A DNA stretch of 64,000 nucleotides. Origin: a virus. The stretch is from positions 17,584 to 81,583 of IMG/VR virus record IMGVR_UViG_3300025872_003406. One strand, written 5' to 3'. The position numbers and the translations under genes are program-made. Positions 48,701 to 58,150 of this stretch are shown piece after piece (the stretch's first letter is position 1; every line of letters begins with the position of its first letter). Below the pieces are notes generated by a model that saw only the letters and a program-made list of their open reading frames with translations, was not told the origin of the DNA and did no database searches.

Positions 48701-49559
48701 TGGCAGAATATTATCTCGAAATTCTACAAACGACAAAGCGGCATTTTTAGGAACATATAGCGGATCTGTAGCTGGTGTATTTGCTCATAATAATGCCTTA
48801 AACGCATGGACAGATTTATACGTCAATACAACTGATGGAAATACAGGTGGTACCGTCAAGATGCCATCCTCGGTGCTGATTAGTGGCAGTCAAGCTTTAC
48901 ACGCCGCAAACTATAATTCGTATGCTCCAACATTAACTGGCACAGGAGCATCTGGTACCTGGGGAATTAGTATTACTGGCAATGCCGCAACAGCTACTAC
49001 CGCAAGTAATGTCAACAACGGAACACTAACGCTTGCAGTATCTGGTACAGGTCTTTCAGGATCTGCTTCGTTTACTGCAAATCAAAGTGGTAACAGTACC
49101 TTTACTGTCACATCGAATGCGACGTCTGCTAATGCAATTAGCACAATTGTTGCTCGTGATTCAAACGGTGATTTCAATTCTCGAAACATTACTCTGTCCG
49201 GATCGCTCAACGCTGTTACAAAGAGCTTCGTTATCAAGCATCCGACGAAAGAAGGCAAGAAACTCCGCTACGGATCGCTTGAAGGTCCTGAAAACGGTGT
49301 CTATGTCCGCGGTCGCCTGAAGGGATCGAACACAATTGAACTGCCAGATTACTGGGAGAAGCTCGTCGATCCAGATTCAATCACTGTCAATCTGACGCCT
49401 ATCGGCAAGCATCAGAAGCTGTATGTGGACAGCGTCTCGTACAAGCGAGTCATCGTTGAGAAGGATGGCCTGTTCTCTGGCGAGATTGACTGCTACTACA
49501 CAATCTTTGCTGAGCGTATCGATGTCGAGAAGCTGCAGGTTGAAGTTGATGCAAAATAA
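42789..49559 (+). CDS. Very large tail fibre protein (2256 aa)
   Basis: G/T/S/N-rich modular fibre with DDP..LGGD...DRG twice and VLVKNQ...NGIY. C-terminal KSFVIKHP...LEGPENGVYVRG domain. Preceded by a TAATAAATAG late-promoter variant. Confidence 0.88.
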   Translation: MAIKSFLSEGGFSVGSVGSAPIEVIDSSGNITAVGLTVSGNLTVNGSTTTINSTTTTLDDPIFTLGGDTVPASDDNKDRGIEFRWHDGSLAKVGFFGFDDSTGKFVFIPNATNTSEVFSGTIGAIDLSGSLSGGTGINFNGSTGAITNTGVTSITGTSNQVTASASTGAITLSLPQNIHVEAQPTFSSLTAYNFYLRNNNTNYIDEGYGFRFHQPSGAHPVQFEKSIRIGAINASGTDYGSGNVYALGSGYFGSSTAATSTVIINAAQGAAQGGAFGIQGAGTWLTGLGTRAAIIGSGTDQSTMLQSYADNVFIHAVGSTKAVYLQINSTNKLTVDNTSTTVAGNLTVQGTGDSTVAGTLGVGGAAYYSAKFTVDGSSIGYSWGVTNTRGGHITTISNPDGGTTASNIAFRVNNSSGTTLLQSTYGGAVTIPSTLTVNGAEAAIYGADGYQLKLGYSSAYFWKIGRSSSGTLIFNDSATDQISFTNTGRLGIGTITPGAKLHVAGPHADEGADRAATTALIVDTKTDGTGDGKTYIKTGWINTGNYGVSTLGVGYYASGSQVRDVITMLGTGRVGVGTTTPTQRLHLNGGVLRISGGGASSNGEINLDSGTEYDGWQVRKESSTMWGVKSVTSGNDLAIFVDNTTARGVYIKTGGNVGINQTNPQHKLDVGGAIRTTDWLYIENSNFGIYSNASTAYFSTSTNNWDISSGPGQTWSGLRLYSGGRGNTWRGHFYGDADGQGFLNSAGNWQLTVDSSSRLRVYAGVYNMDSGIRIVNPGGAAYTTVTSSVTGAFKIKLPTNRFKSETMMRMTVKIYQYTTGQSHEFEIGGYNYSNAAADWLNIFAEQKSDAATAPFTIRFGNDGTSQCIWIGETTTVWSYPQVYVTEFQGGFSGTTSSWASGWTISPVTTLDTVTQSRTAALVVNSNNIGTYGVSSITGTANQVTASASTGAVTLSLPQNIHTGATPTFGGGTLNGTLTVVKSNGGNVNGSANAAIYLSQDESSIQGPGTNTVIRMGGNLVLGANSTWIAATNGTAAITVNNSQNTTLAGNLTVQGTGTSSVAGSVNVDGSINFLRGSGDYSTYIKSSDYIDAGYNSSTLRYWIELGAKGGTHIVLNTDGSATAAENSYDHFTIWQYTNGSGAIAAGARKFWITNTGRVNLINGLWHKSADGIERFYYDTSGTSYYKGGGTGSIHVFRNASDVDILTLSNAKDAILSGNLAVNGGTGTIDATSGTASATLNLVGRSSGTAKTASIASTSAGSLVLSAEGAGSALGIAANTGNTTVAYNLTVNGTGKQTLGQSVNATVYAGNTTTSDQAIILSNTRRANYGDVMIAKNLEGVASTDSYATPGTSAATGYAALEMRYGGVVRVYGNSGATTAAAVVTPNVLAEFTPTAIGLNLNTTVTGNLTVSGTGTINGTSIPASKTLVVTTDKLSVHAATTSAELAGVISDETGTGALVFANTPTLVTPNIGAATGTSINLTGSATVSGLTRINSSPNAVLSFYNAGVSEWTIGQKTSAFVINNGGNFAGTDVVTISGSATSLSGNLTVGGNLIVNGTTTTVNSTTTTLDDPIITLGGDTAPTVDDNKDRGVEFKWYTGSTAKTGFFGFDDSTGYFTFIPDATNSSEVFSGTPGDIEAGVYRGTGANLTGPITESSTTDQAITLNATDNSWKYLGFQWSGTRKAYFGINASGSPEWGSDVANATFAIVGSGSSLTIAGNTVLHGGNYTNYTDPIIQALDSKASVKAATTADITLSGTQTIDGVALVAGDRVLVKNQNTQTPNGIYVVSAGAWTRATDFDTWAKLIGAFVFVEQGSTNGLTGWLCAAAAGGAFGSNPIMFSQFSHGGSVNAGTGLTKTTNNVGSGPVSTFSITNTTVSAASYGSASSVATFTVNAQGQLTAASSVAIAISSAAVSGLANSATITAASTNTANQIVLRDGSGNFSAGTITGAFSGSADQAFTNQHNGNASQWYGRILSRNSTNDKAAFLGTYSGSVAGVFAHNNALNAWTDLYVNTTDGNTGGTVKMPSSVLISGSQALHAANYNSYAPTLTGTGASGTWGISITGNAATATTASNVNNGTLTLAVSGTGLSGSASFTANQSGNSTFTVTSNATSANAISTIVARDSNGDFNSRNITLSGSLNAVTKSFVIKHPTKEGKKLRYGSLEGPENGVYVRGRLKGSNTIELPDYWEKLVDPDSITVNLTPIGKHQKLYVDSVSYKRVIVEKDGLFSGEIDCYYTIFAERIDVEKLQVEVDAK

Positions 49560-49561
49560 CA

Positions 49562-50254
49562 ATGGCAACTTATTATTCACCGCGAATCGTCACAGATGGG
49601 TTGGTTCTATGCCTGGATGCTGGAAATACTAAAAGCTATCCGGGCACGGGTACCACGTGGAGTGATCTGGTTTCAAATCTAAGTGCTGTGAAGGGCGGAA
49701 GCCAGTCTCCTACATATCCGCAATATAATTCTAGCAGCTCTAACGGCTGGTTTACATTTACAGGAGGAGTAACCGCAAACAATTATTCTAGATTTGATGT
49801 AGCAAATATACCTAGTTTTTCTGCTCTTAGCGCTTTTGCTTGGTTCCGAACATCGAATACCACCGATAGTAAAACTATCATACGCATGGATAACTCGGAT
49901 TTTGAGCTTTCCATGAATCAATCCAATACAGCCTTTACTTGTGCGGGAACAAATTGGAACGACATTTATGTTCAGCAAACTGCTACAGGAACTGACGGAA
50001 TATGGCATGAAATCGGTCTCACATTTACCGGTACTGTTCTGACCGCTTATTTTGATGGATCTAGCCTAGGCGTCGCTAATAGAGCAACCCCGACTACCAC
50101 AGCAGCTGGAACTCTAAGAATAGGAACTCGAGACGATGGATATTCGCAGCATTATGTCGGAGATATTTCGGTGATCAAGATCTATAATATTGCGCTAAAC
50201 TCTCCGCAGGTACTGGCAAATTACAATGCCAGCAAAGGCAGATTTGGTCGTTAA
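49562..50254 (+). CDS. LamG / concanavalin A-like lectin domain protein
   Basis: IVTDGLVLCLDAGN..SYPG.G..W.DL, WH.I...F.G......YFDG and IYN.AL...V..NY motifs. Confidence 0.8.
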   Translation: MATYYSPRIVTDGLVLCLDAGNTKSYPGTGTTWSDLVSNLSAVKGGSQSPTYPQYNSSSSNGWFTFTGGVTANNYSRFDVANIPSFSALSAFAWFRTSNTTDSKTIIRMDNSDFELSMNQSNTAFTCAGTNWNDIYVQQTATGTDGIWHEIGLTFTGTVLTAYFDGSSLGVANRATPTTTAAGTLRIGTRDDGYSQHYVGDISVIKIYNIALNSPQVLANYNASKGRFGR

Positions 50255-50259
50255 CTACT

Positions 50260-51438
50260 ATGGCCTATCATAACGGACCTAAGATAGTCACAGATGATCT
50301 AGTGATGCATTTGGATGCCTCGAATCCGAAGAGTTATCTTGGAGAAACTACTGTCAATCTATTAGGATCTCAGGGACTAACATATGGAGTTTATGCATAT
50401 GCGACTGGTCCCGTAGCAACTTCGACTGCGATATACGATAATTCAATTGCCACTGTCAATCGGTTTACTGTTTCTCAGGTCGTAAATACCGCAAGATCCG
50501 CTTTCTTTCCGACAGTTTCAGTAAATCAGGCATATACCTTTTCGTGCTATATGAGATACAATGGGAGCAACACTGCTTCTCCGTCGTTTGTCATTTCGGC
50601 TGCGAAACCGAATCCTGAAGGAGGAAATACCATTGTTCTGTCCCAGAGTACGCAGACTCAAACCGCCGCAGGAAATGGTTGGTATAGAGTCGTCTATAAT
50701 TTCACAATTTCTTCAAATACTGCTACCGCGTGCATTTTGACGATAGGAGTATCAACTGGGTCCGATACTGCGTATCTCAATAATACCTTTGACGTATATC
50801 AGCCGCAACTTGAGGCAAAGTCATACGCTACAGCTTATGTAGCAAATACTCGTGGGGCTACAGTTGCAACTGGTGGCGGGTTCGCAGATCTTTCTGGAAA
50901 CGGAAATCACTGCACTCTTACTACAACTGGAGTAACAACTGTTTCCACATATAAAGGCGGAGTAGCGCTCGATGGATCTTCCGGATACATTGAATTGCCT
51001 ACTATCAATAATGGAATCAATCGCACTGTAGATATTGTCTATCGCCAGATCAATCTGAATGGAGGCTGGGGTCCTTTGTGGAGAAATGACTGGAGAGAAC
51101 GTATCTTTACCACGTCTGCTACAATCATCAACGCTCCTGGAACATATTACAGCTCTAGCGGTATTCCGGATGGTACCACGAACATTCAGCAATTCTCATA
51201 TACTATCGATGGATTGACTCTGAGATTTTACCGAAATGGTGTGCTTTCTACTACCACTACGATGAACGGATATATGAATCAGGGAGCATACAGCTACCGA
51301 TTTGGATATCAGTGCGGAGGCGCTACTTGCACTAACGTTGCAGTTGAAATTTATTCAGTCAAGTTCTATAATCGAGGATTGACTTCAACGGAGATTCTGC
51401 AAAACTTTAACGCTACAAGATCGAGGTATGGACTATGA
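50260..51438 (+). CDS. LamG-like protein with an inserted carbohydrate-binding-like domain
   Basis: Same N- and C-termini as 49562..50254. The insert contains YTFSCY, GNGWYRV and QLE..SYATAY. Confidence 0.78.
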   Translation: MAYHNGPKIVTDDLVMHLDASNPKSYLGETTVNLLGSQGLTYGVYAYATGPVATSTAIYDNSIATVNRFTVSQVVNTARSAFFPTVSVNQAYTFSCYMRYNGSNTASPSFVISAAKPNPEGGNTIVLSQSTQTQTAAGNGWYRVVYNFTISSNTATACILTIGVSTGSDTAYLNNTFDVYQPQLEAKSYATAYVANTRGATVATGGGFADLSGNGNHCTLTTTGVTTVSTYKGGVALDGSSGYIELPTINNGINRTVDIVYRQINLNGGWGPLWRNDWRERIFTTSATIINAPGTYYSSSGIPDGTTNIQQFSYTIDGLTLRFYRNGVLSTTTTMNGYMNQGAYSYRFGYQCGGATCTNVAVEIYSVKFYNRGLTSTEILQNFNATRSRYGL

Positions 51439-52973
51439 GCGTAATTGGAAATCCAGGAATTGTATCGGATAATTTGGTGTTCTACTATGATGCGAACAAC
51501 ATCAAAAGCTACGTTGGGCAGCCAACTACAAACACAATTCCTAGCCCATCGATAAATGCGTATCCCACATATGGAAATGGATGGGGGTCGTACAACACGA
51601 ACCAGTATGGCAACGGAAACTTCTTTTCGATAGGAACTGTTTCCAGCGTCTCGAATAACATCGTCACTATGAGCGCTAATCATTCATTGCGCTCTTATGA
51701 CGTAATGAGGCCTCAGACCACCGGCGGAGGTGTCACCGCAAATACCGACTATCTCATCAAGAAGTTATCAGATACCACCTTCAGCCTTCATTCCTACAAT
51801 AGTTCTCAGGATGGGTCTCAGGGTTATATTAGTTCTGCGACAAATACACATAAGGTCTATGATGACTTTGCAAATGATGTTCGAGTCTCGATCAATTCCA
51901 CAAGTTTCCCTACGATGTGGTGGGGTGCGCCGCATCTTCCGAACTCTGGACTAGTAAAAGAGATCATTCCAAACGGATTTGATGTGAATCCGCTCGCAAA
52001 GACAAACTGTATTCGACTGCACTATATACGAACTGATGGAGTGATTGATGGAATGTCGTATAACGTAGATGCGACAGTTACACCTGGATCTTCTAATACA
52101 CATTCATTTTGGACTCGAGCAGTCACTCCAGATGCAGTTGGAAAAGGAGTTGGAATGTCCATTTATAATTATGGAGCAAATCCGTACCAGTATTATGGCC
52201 TTAATTTTACTCTTGGACCATTAATGGTATGGCAGAGGCAGACATATTCTTTCACTCCAGTAAACGCCAATATCATTACATACTGGTTTGGAGGAGCATC
52301 GCCGCCGTACAAATGGGATCTGGCAAACATTCAAGTTGAAGCAAATAGTAATGCTACAAACTTTGTGGCAGGAAGTCGTTCCAATATACAAGGATTGCTC
52401 GATCTTACTGGAACAAGCACGATCAGTCTGGCTAACGCCGGATTTGACAGCAGCTCAAACATCACGTTTAACGGTTCTAGTAATTACATCAACGTGGCAA
52501 ATAATTCATCGCTAACTCCCACGAGTAATATGACCTGGGAATTTGTGGTGAATCCTGGAGCTATAGCAACATATAAAAGCATTTTTTCTAAAAATAACTA
52601 TGGCAATTCAACCGGATTCATATGCTTGCATACTGGATCTGGAAGTTTAAGACTGGAAGCTTCGGATGTAGCACAGTCTACCAGGGGCCTCGATGTTTCT
52701 TTTTCCGGGATATTGACTCTTAACACTAACGTTCATTGCGCGCTGACGTATAACGGATCCACGTTTACGCTGTACAAAAACGGAGTATCGGTTGGTACAG
52801 CCACGTGGTCTTACGGTTTAGGAAGCAACAATGTAGCTGACTTTAACATTGGAACTGGGTGGCCTGGTTATTGGAATGGCAAGATACACCTATTCAAGAT
52901 ATATTCTAAAGCATTGTCTGCTTCAGAAGTCTTGAAGAACTTCAACTCGCTAAAAAGCCGCTACGGCCTTTAA
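51435..52973 (+). CDS. LamG-like protein with a larger internal insertion
   Basis: IVSDNLVFYYDA.N.KSY at the N-terminus, FNGSSNYI, and IYSKALSASEV..NFN...RYGL at the C-terminus. Confidence 0.78.
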   Translation: MSVIGNPGIVSDNLVFYYDANNIKSYVGQPTTNTIPSPSINAYPTYGNGWGSYNTNQYGNGNFFSIGTVSSVSNNIVTMSANHSLRSYDVMRPQTTGGGVTANTDYLIKKLSDTTFSLHSYNSSQDGSQGYISSATNTHKVYDDFANDVRVSINSTSFPTMWWGAPHLPNSGLVKEIIPNGFDVNPLAKTNCIRLHYIRTDGVIDGMSYNVDATVTPGSSNTHSFWTRAVTPDAVGKGVGMSIYNYGANPYQYYGLNFTLGPLMVWQRQTYSFTPVNANIITYWFGGASPPYKWDLANIQVEANSNATNFVAGSRSNIQGLLDLTGTSTISLANAGFDSSSNITFNGSSNYINVANNSSLTPTSNMTWEFVVNPGAIATYKSIFSKNNYGNSTGFICLHTGSGSLRLEASDVAQSTRGLDVSFSGILTLNTNVHCALTYNGSTFTLYKNGVSVGTATWSYGLGSNNVADFNIGTGWPGYWNGKIHLFKIYSKALSASEVLKNFNSLKSRYGL

Positions 52974-52994
52974 TAAATAGAGAAAACATTTACT

Positions 52995-55900
52995 ATGCCA
53001 GACATCGTCATCACACCTAATAGAGGCACGAGCACCAATCCGAAGATTGACTTCACAGGAGTCACGACTGGCACCATCAAGCTCGAGGTGCTCACAGATG
53101 GCTCGTTGTCATTCAATGGAGCTAATGGATCGCTGTTCAGCATTGCAGATAGCGTGACAGGCAGTCTGATGTCGGTCAATGATACCTCCGGTCTGCCGAT
53201 TCTGGAGGTGTTCTCCACAGACAAGGTAGTGATGGGTAAGTATGGGCAGAATACACTGGTGGTGGATGGAACAAATGTTGGTATCGGTACTGCAAGTCCT
53301 ACCTCGAAGTTTGAAATTCGTGGAGGCACCGCAAATCAGACTAATGATGCGACTTTATATGTCACCGCTGATAATGATAATGATTGGGCAGTAGTAGTTG
53401 ATAAATGGAGATCTAATGCTACTGAATACGGCCTAAGAGTCATAACCGGCAGTGCAGCGTCCTATGCTTTTGCTGTTTACGGCAACGGTTCATTGAGCAC
53501 TCGCATTGCAGGAAACGGAGACATTTATGCTCCAAGAATGTACGATTCGACTGCTACTGCATATTATGTTGATCCAGGATCTACGTCAAACTTAAATGGC
53601 CTGACAGTTGCTGCTACAATTACTGGAAATGCAGCAACTGCTAGTAGTGCCGCAGCAATTACTGGTGGTATTCCAAGCGGCACAGACTATTACATTAACC
53701 TTCGAGTAATTCGTAACAATAATGCTGCATCTACTGATGGAATGTATATTGGTTATGGAAATGCTGGTAGCGGTTTAACGCGTCTATATGGCGGCGGAAG
53801 TAGTACCAATCACGCATATGTAGATGTCAATGGAGATATCTGGCGTTCCTCTGGTGGTTATCAGTATGTCTATAATTCCGGAACGTGGAGTGGTGTTAAT
53901 ATTGGTGGTAATGCCGCGACTGCCACGACTCTGCAGACAGCACGAAACATTGCCGGTGTCTCGTTCAACGGATCTGCTGATATCACATTAACCGGACAGA
54001 ACATTTCTACGAGTAGCGGTACTGCTGCAAACGACATCGAAGTTGCAAAGTACCTTCGTTGGAAGAACTATGGTAATAATCATATTTTGATCGATGCATC
54101 AGCCGGGACAAATCCTGGCGGCGGCGCAATTGACAGATATACTCCTGGAAATACAATCAACAGCACCGGAGCTGGATCAAATACCTGGGGCGAAGCAATT
54201 AGTCTAATGGGCTGGAATGGATCCGCCACATATGGCGTCCGAGTTGACAGAGCTCGTTCTATTGATAATCAAGCGAACTCTGCTACAATCACGGCTGCAA
54301 CCTCTAATACTGCTAATCAGATCGTTCTGCGCGATGGATCTGGTAATATATTCGGACAAGAGATATATGCTAGCGGTTGGTTTCGAAGCTATGGTTATCA
54401 AGGAATCTATAACCAAGATTACCAAACGCATTTCTACGCTGGTGGTACTGGATATTATAATCTTGCAGGAAATAGTTCAGCAACGGACGGAGGTCTAATT
54501 TTTAGATCTGGACATCAATCTACCATCAAGGGTCGAGTTTATTGGGATGGTGCTGGATTTGGTCTATTGAACGACAGCGGAAATTGGGCAGTACGATCAA
54601 ACTATGGTGCAGCCTATTCTGGCGGATCTCTGTACGGTGCCTGGGATAAGCGCAATGCAAGCAATACCGGTGGCATCACAGTTCCTGGCGTATTCATTCA
54701 GTCTGGTGTCACATCAGGTGCACCTTCCGCGATTCAGAACGGTGATCTATGGTGGAACACCGATACCGGCAAATTGAAGATCTACTGGAGTTCTGCATCA
54801 GCCTGGGTCGATGCGACGCCAGTGCCGGACATGGCCGGATACTACACAACTGGTGGCGGTAACATCAATGGCAACGTCAATGTCAGTGGCTTGCTGGAAT
54901 CAACAGGAAACATTACTGCGCGCATTGGTCAAACCTATCCAGTAAGTATCGGATCGCATCCAAGTTATAGTGGAGCAAATTATGGCGCTCTCTGGAGACC
55001 TGGATCAAATCCTGTTTTACTGTTTGATGCCAGCAATACTTATGTCAATGCTCCAAGTCTTGGTGCCGCCGTATCCTTCCAGGTTGGTAACACAACACAC
55101 GCATACGTCAATTCCAACGGAGTTACCACCAACGGTAGCTTCATTATGTCGGGTGGATTTACTCTGTCTCAGACTGGAGGATATGGCCAGACAAATAACT
55201 GGATCCATCTGAACGGTTACCACGGCTTATATAGTACCAATAACAGCGCACACATTTATCCAAATAATAATAGTAGCTATGGAGCATGGTCCATAAATGG
55301 ATCGCGCAATAGTTGGGGTGGAATTTACGACGCATACAGCGGTATTGCATGGATGGGCGACGCTGGTGGAAACGGCGGATTATATAGAGAATCAAATGGC
55401 CGTTGGTATATCTACCATAATACGGCACATAACTGCACAGCTATCGGAAGTTCTAATACAACTTCTGGTTACGCTATGCAGGTCACTGGGAGTGCATATG
55501 TTACCGGATCTGTAAATATAGCCGGTAACACAGCAATTCATGCTGGAAACTATAATTCTTATGCTCCAACCCTGACTGGTGGCGGAGCATCTGGAAGTTG
55601 GGGAATCAGTGTAACAGGTACATCGCGCTATCTAGCTCACATTGATGGTCCAAGAAATCTTTCTGATCGTAATCCAAATTGGTCAGCAAGAACCGCAACC
55701 TTTGACTTTATTGGCGCCGGTACAGCCGGTACCTCAGGAAATTATGCCGGCGTTTTAACATTCGTTCCATGGGATGGAACTACTGGGAGCACCGGAGATG
55801 CGTCTTATCAGTTAGCTTTTGGAAGCACAGCGACTAATGGAGGAGGGATTCCACACCTTCGTATCAGAAAGGGTATCGATACTACATGGAATAGTTGGTA

Positions 55901-57053
55901 CACAATTCCTATAGTCGGGGTTAATACAGGATACCAAAGCAGCATTTATGTCGATACTTTTTACGATCAAGGTGATACTAATTATTATCTAGATCCTTCA
56001 GGTACATCAAGAGTAAATACCGTAAGTTTTGTCAGTGGAGCTACATTTGGCCCATATCTTCAATATAATAATCAATCCAATTTACGTCTTCAAGCCGGAC
56101 AGCAGTCTGGGGATATTGGCATAAGTGGTTATGATTTTAATGGAAATTGGAAATTTCAATTATACGGAGATAGCAGCGGTTATGGATTTTTGAACGGAAA
56201 CTGGGCAGGATGGGATCTGCTGAAAAGTGTAAGCGGTAACCTATATCTAAATAATCAAAGCACATATTACATTGGCACTAACGAGATATATTATAATAGA
56301 GTTTATGGCGTAACGGATATTAGATCTCCGATCTTTTACGATAATAATGATACCGCATACTATATTGATCCAACTTCGGGGCAGGCAAATAGCGAAGGCG
56401 GAAAAATCAAGTGGAACTTTACAGTCAACGGCGAAGGTGCAACCAGCGGCCGGGGTCTGGCTCTTTATCCTTCCTATACATCTAGCGTTCCGACATATGG
56501 AATCACATTTGCCCAAACCGCATCCCTCGGTACTCATGGAAATGTGACTGCAGATTGGGCAACGTATTTTACGATGAACAATACTGCCAATCGTGGCTGG
56601 ATTTTCCGCGACGGCAATACACCAGCGAATGTTGCGTCTATCAACAATGCTGGAAGAATGCGAATTGCTTCATTAGGAGTTAATACTGATGCTTCTGCCA
56701 CAAATGGTGAAATCCGCGCGACGGACAATATTACAGCATACTACTCAGACGAGCGACTCAAGACCAGACTTGGCGCCATCGAGAATCCGATCGAGAAAAT
56801 CAAGTCACTTTCCGGATTTTACTTCGAGGCTAATGAAACTGCTGTCGCTCTTGGTTACCAGAAGAAGCGCGAGGTTGGTGTTTCCGCTCAAGAGGTCCAG
56901 GCGATCCTTCCCGAGATCATTGCGCCTGCACCTATTGACGACAAATACATGACCGTTCGTTATGAGAAACTGATCCCGCTGCTGATCGAGGCTATCAAAG
57001 CTCAGCAGGCACAGATCGAAGAACTGCAGAAACTCATTAAGGAAAAGGTCTAA
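52995..57053 (+). CDS. Tail fibre protein with C-terminal peptidase S74 chaperone
   Basis: 1352 aa. C-terminal YYSDERLK...GVSAQEVQAILPE...VRYEKLIPLLIEAIK. Preceded by TAATAAATAG. Confidence 0.88.
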   Translation: MPDIVITPNRGTSTNPKIDFTGVTTGTIKLEVLTDGSLSFNGANGSLFSIADSVTGSLMSVNDTSGLPILEVFSTDKVVMGKYGQNTLVVDGTNVGIGTASPTSKFEIRGGTANQTNDATLYVTADNDNDWAVVVDKWRSNATEYGLRVITGSAASYAFAVYGNGSLSTRIAGNGDIYAPRMYDSTATAYYVDPGSTSNLNGLTVAATITGNAATASSAAAITGGIPSGTDYYINLRVIRNNNAASTDGMYIGYGNAGSGLTRLYGGGSSTNHAYVDVNGDIWRSSGGYQYVYNSGTWSGVNIGGNAATATTLQTARNIAGVSFNGSADITLTGQNISTSSGTAANDIEVAKYLRWKNYGNNHILIDASAGTNPGGGAIDRYTPGNTINSTGAGSNTWGEAISLMGWNGSATYGVRVDRARSIDNQANSATITAATSNTANQIVLRDGSGNIFGQEIYASGWFRSYGYQGIYNQDYQTHFYAGGTGYYNLAGNSSATDGGLIFRSGHQSTIKGRVYWDGAGFGLLNDSGNWAVRSNYGAAYSGGSLYGAWDKRNASNTGGITVPGVFIQSGVTSGAPSAIQNGDLWWNTDTGKLKIYWSSASAWVDATPVPDMAGYYTTGGGNINGNVNVSGLLESTGNITARIGQTYPVSIGSHPSYSGANYGALWRPGSNPVLLFDASNTYVNAPSLGAAVSFQVGNTTHAYVNSNGVTTNGSFIMSGGFTLSQTGGYGQTNNWIHLNGYHGLYSTNNSAHIYPNNNSSYGAWSINGSRNSWGGIYDAYSGIAWMGDAGGNGGLYRESNGRWYIYHNTAHNCTAIGSSNTTSGYAMQVTGSAYVTGSVNIAGNTAIHAGNYNSYAPTLTGGGASGSWGISVTGTSRYLAHIDGPRNLSDRNPNWSARTATFDFIGAGTAGTSGNYAGVLTFVPWDGTTGSTGDASYQLAFGSTATNGGGIPHLRIRKGIDTTWNSWYTIPIVGVNTGYQSSIYVDTFYDQGDTNYYLDPSGTSRVNTVSFVSGATFGPYLQYNNQSNLRLQAGQQSGDIGISGYDFNGNWKFQLYGDSSGYGFLNGNWAGWDLLKSVSGNLYLNNQSTYYIGTNEIYYNRVYGVTDIRSPIFYDNNDTAYYIDPTSGQANSEGGKIKWNFTVNGEGATSGRGLALYPSYTSSVPTYGITFAQTASLGTHGNVTADWATYFTMNNTANRGWIFRDGNTPANVASINNAGRMRIASLGVNTDASATNGEIRATDNITAYYSDERLKTRLGAIENPIEKIKSLSGFYFEANETAVALGYQKKREVGVSAQEVQAILPEIIAPAPIDDKYMTVRYEKLIPLLIEAIKAQQAQIEELQKLIKEKV

Positions 57054-57056
57054 TCT

Positions 57057-58148
57057 ATGTCAGTCCTTAGTTTTCCAGCATCACCTACTTCCGGTACTCG
57101 GTATATTTCACCGAATGGAATCACCTATTTCTACGCAAATGGTAGTTGGAATACCGATGGTGCATCGCTGAGCCCAAATCCAACTCAACAGAACCCATTT
57201 CGATATCGCACAATCTATACGCGCGGATATGTTCACTGCGGATATCAGAACGGATCACCCTGGAGAAATACAAATCGTACTCTTCATGTGACAGATACGA
57301 CTACCAACCTAGGTGATATGATGGATAATAATGCGTCCTATATCGATGGCGGATTTAGCGACTATAATACCTATGTCTTTAATAATTCTGGCAGCGTAGG
57401 TGGAACATCCGCCACAGTGTCATCGATGAGCATGGTGACTGAAACGCTTCGCACATATTCAAATACTCGTGATCTAAAAACATCTCGAGCAAACTGTAAA
57501 GCATTGATGAGTCCTGGATTGACAGCAATCTATATCACCGGAGGAAATCAAGCATCAACGGATAAGTTTGATACTGTTACGGATACAATGTTATATGCTG
57601 GAAGTGCTCCATCTGGAGCAACTGCGGGTGGAACTGGTGGTGGTCTAAGTGGATTCTTCGGTGAGTTCAAGGGGTTGGTCGGAGCAAATGGCACGTCAGG
57701 CCTATTTGACTGGGCTACAGAATCCTGGACCTCTGGAACATGGAGTAGTTCGGCATCATTCAATAATGCTGGCGCAACTGACGGCCAGCCTAAAGGCCTT
57801 TCGAGTAAATGGGGATATGGCTACAACGCAAACGGAAGTTACGGCGGATCATCTACTTACTATAAGTTCAATGATACAACAGGAGCATATCTTTCCGCCC
57901 CTTCTCGTCCGTTCAAGGCCGGCGAAGAAAACTGTCAGATCGGACAGGACTGGGGATATATTCTAGGAATGTATAACGATATCGGTGATGGACAAAATAA
58001 TCGTTCTCACAAGACATCTTACTTGACCGATACCTCCGTAGAATTAGGATCCTCTGGGCAGCCAAAAGGTCATGGCGGAATGTCATCCGGAGCGTGTGGA
58101 ACTGGTAGTGTTACTCTTCTCGGTGGAACGATGGGAACAATGATCTAA
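57057..58148 (+). CDS. Gly/aromatic-rich probable virion protein (beta-propeller-like repeats)
   Basis: N-terminal FPASPT.G..Y...G..Y...GSW fibre-type motif. GYxxGG and DKFDTVTD Kelch-like repeats. Confidence 0.65.
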   Translation: MSVLSFPASPTSGTRYISPNGITYFYANGSWNTDGASLSPNPTQQNPFRYRTIYTRGYVHCGYQNGSPWRNTNRTLHVTDTTTNLGDMMDNNASYIDGGFSDYNTYVFNNSGSVGGTSATVSSMSMVTETLRTYSNTRDLKTSRANCKALMSPGLTAIYITGGNQASTDKFDTVTDTMLYAGSAPSGATAGGTGGGLSGFFGEFKGLVGANGTSGLFDWATESWTSGTWSSSASFNNAGATDGQPKGLSSKWGYGYNANGSYGGSSTYYKFNDTTGAYLSAPSRPFKAGEENCQIGQDWGYILGMYNDIGDGQNNRSHKTSYLTDTSVELGSSGQPKGHGGMSSGACGTGSVTLLGGTMGTMI

Positions 58149-58150
58149 CT

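Noticed and set aside
29699-57053. Diversity-generating retroelement or invertase shufflon acting on the fibres
   Set aside because: No reverse transcriptase or recombinase is present in the window. The repeats are direct and coding, and I saw no adenine-specific TR/VR mismatch pattern.
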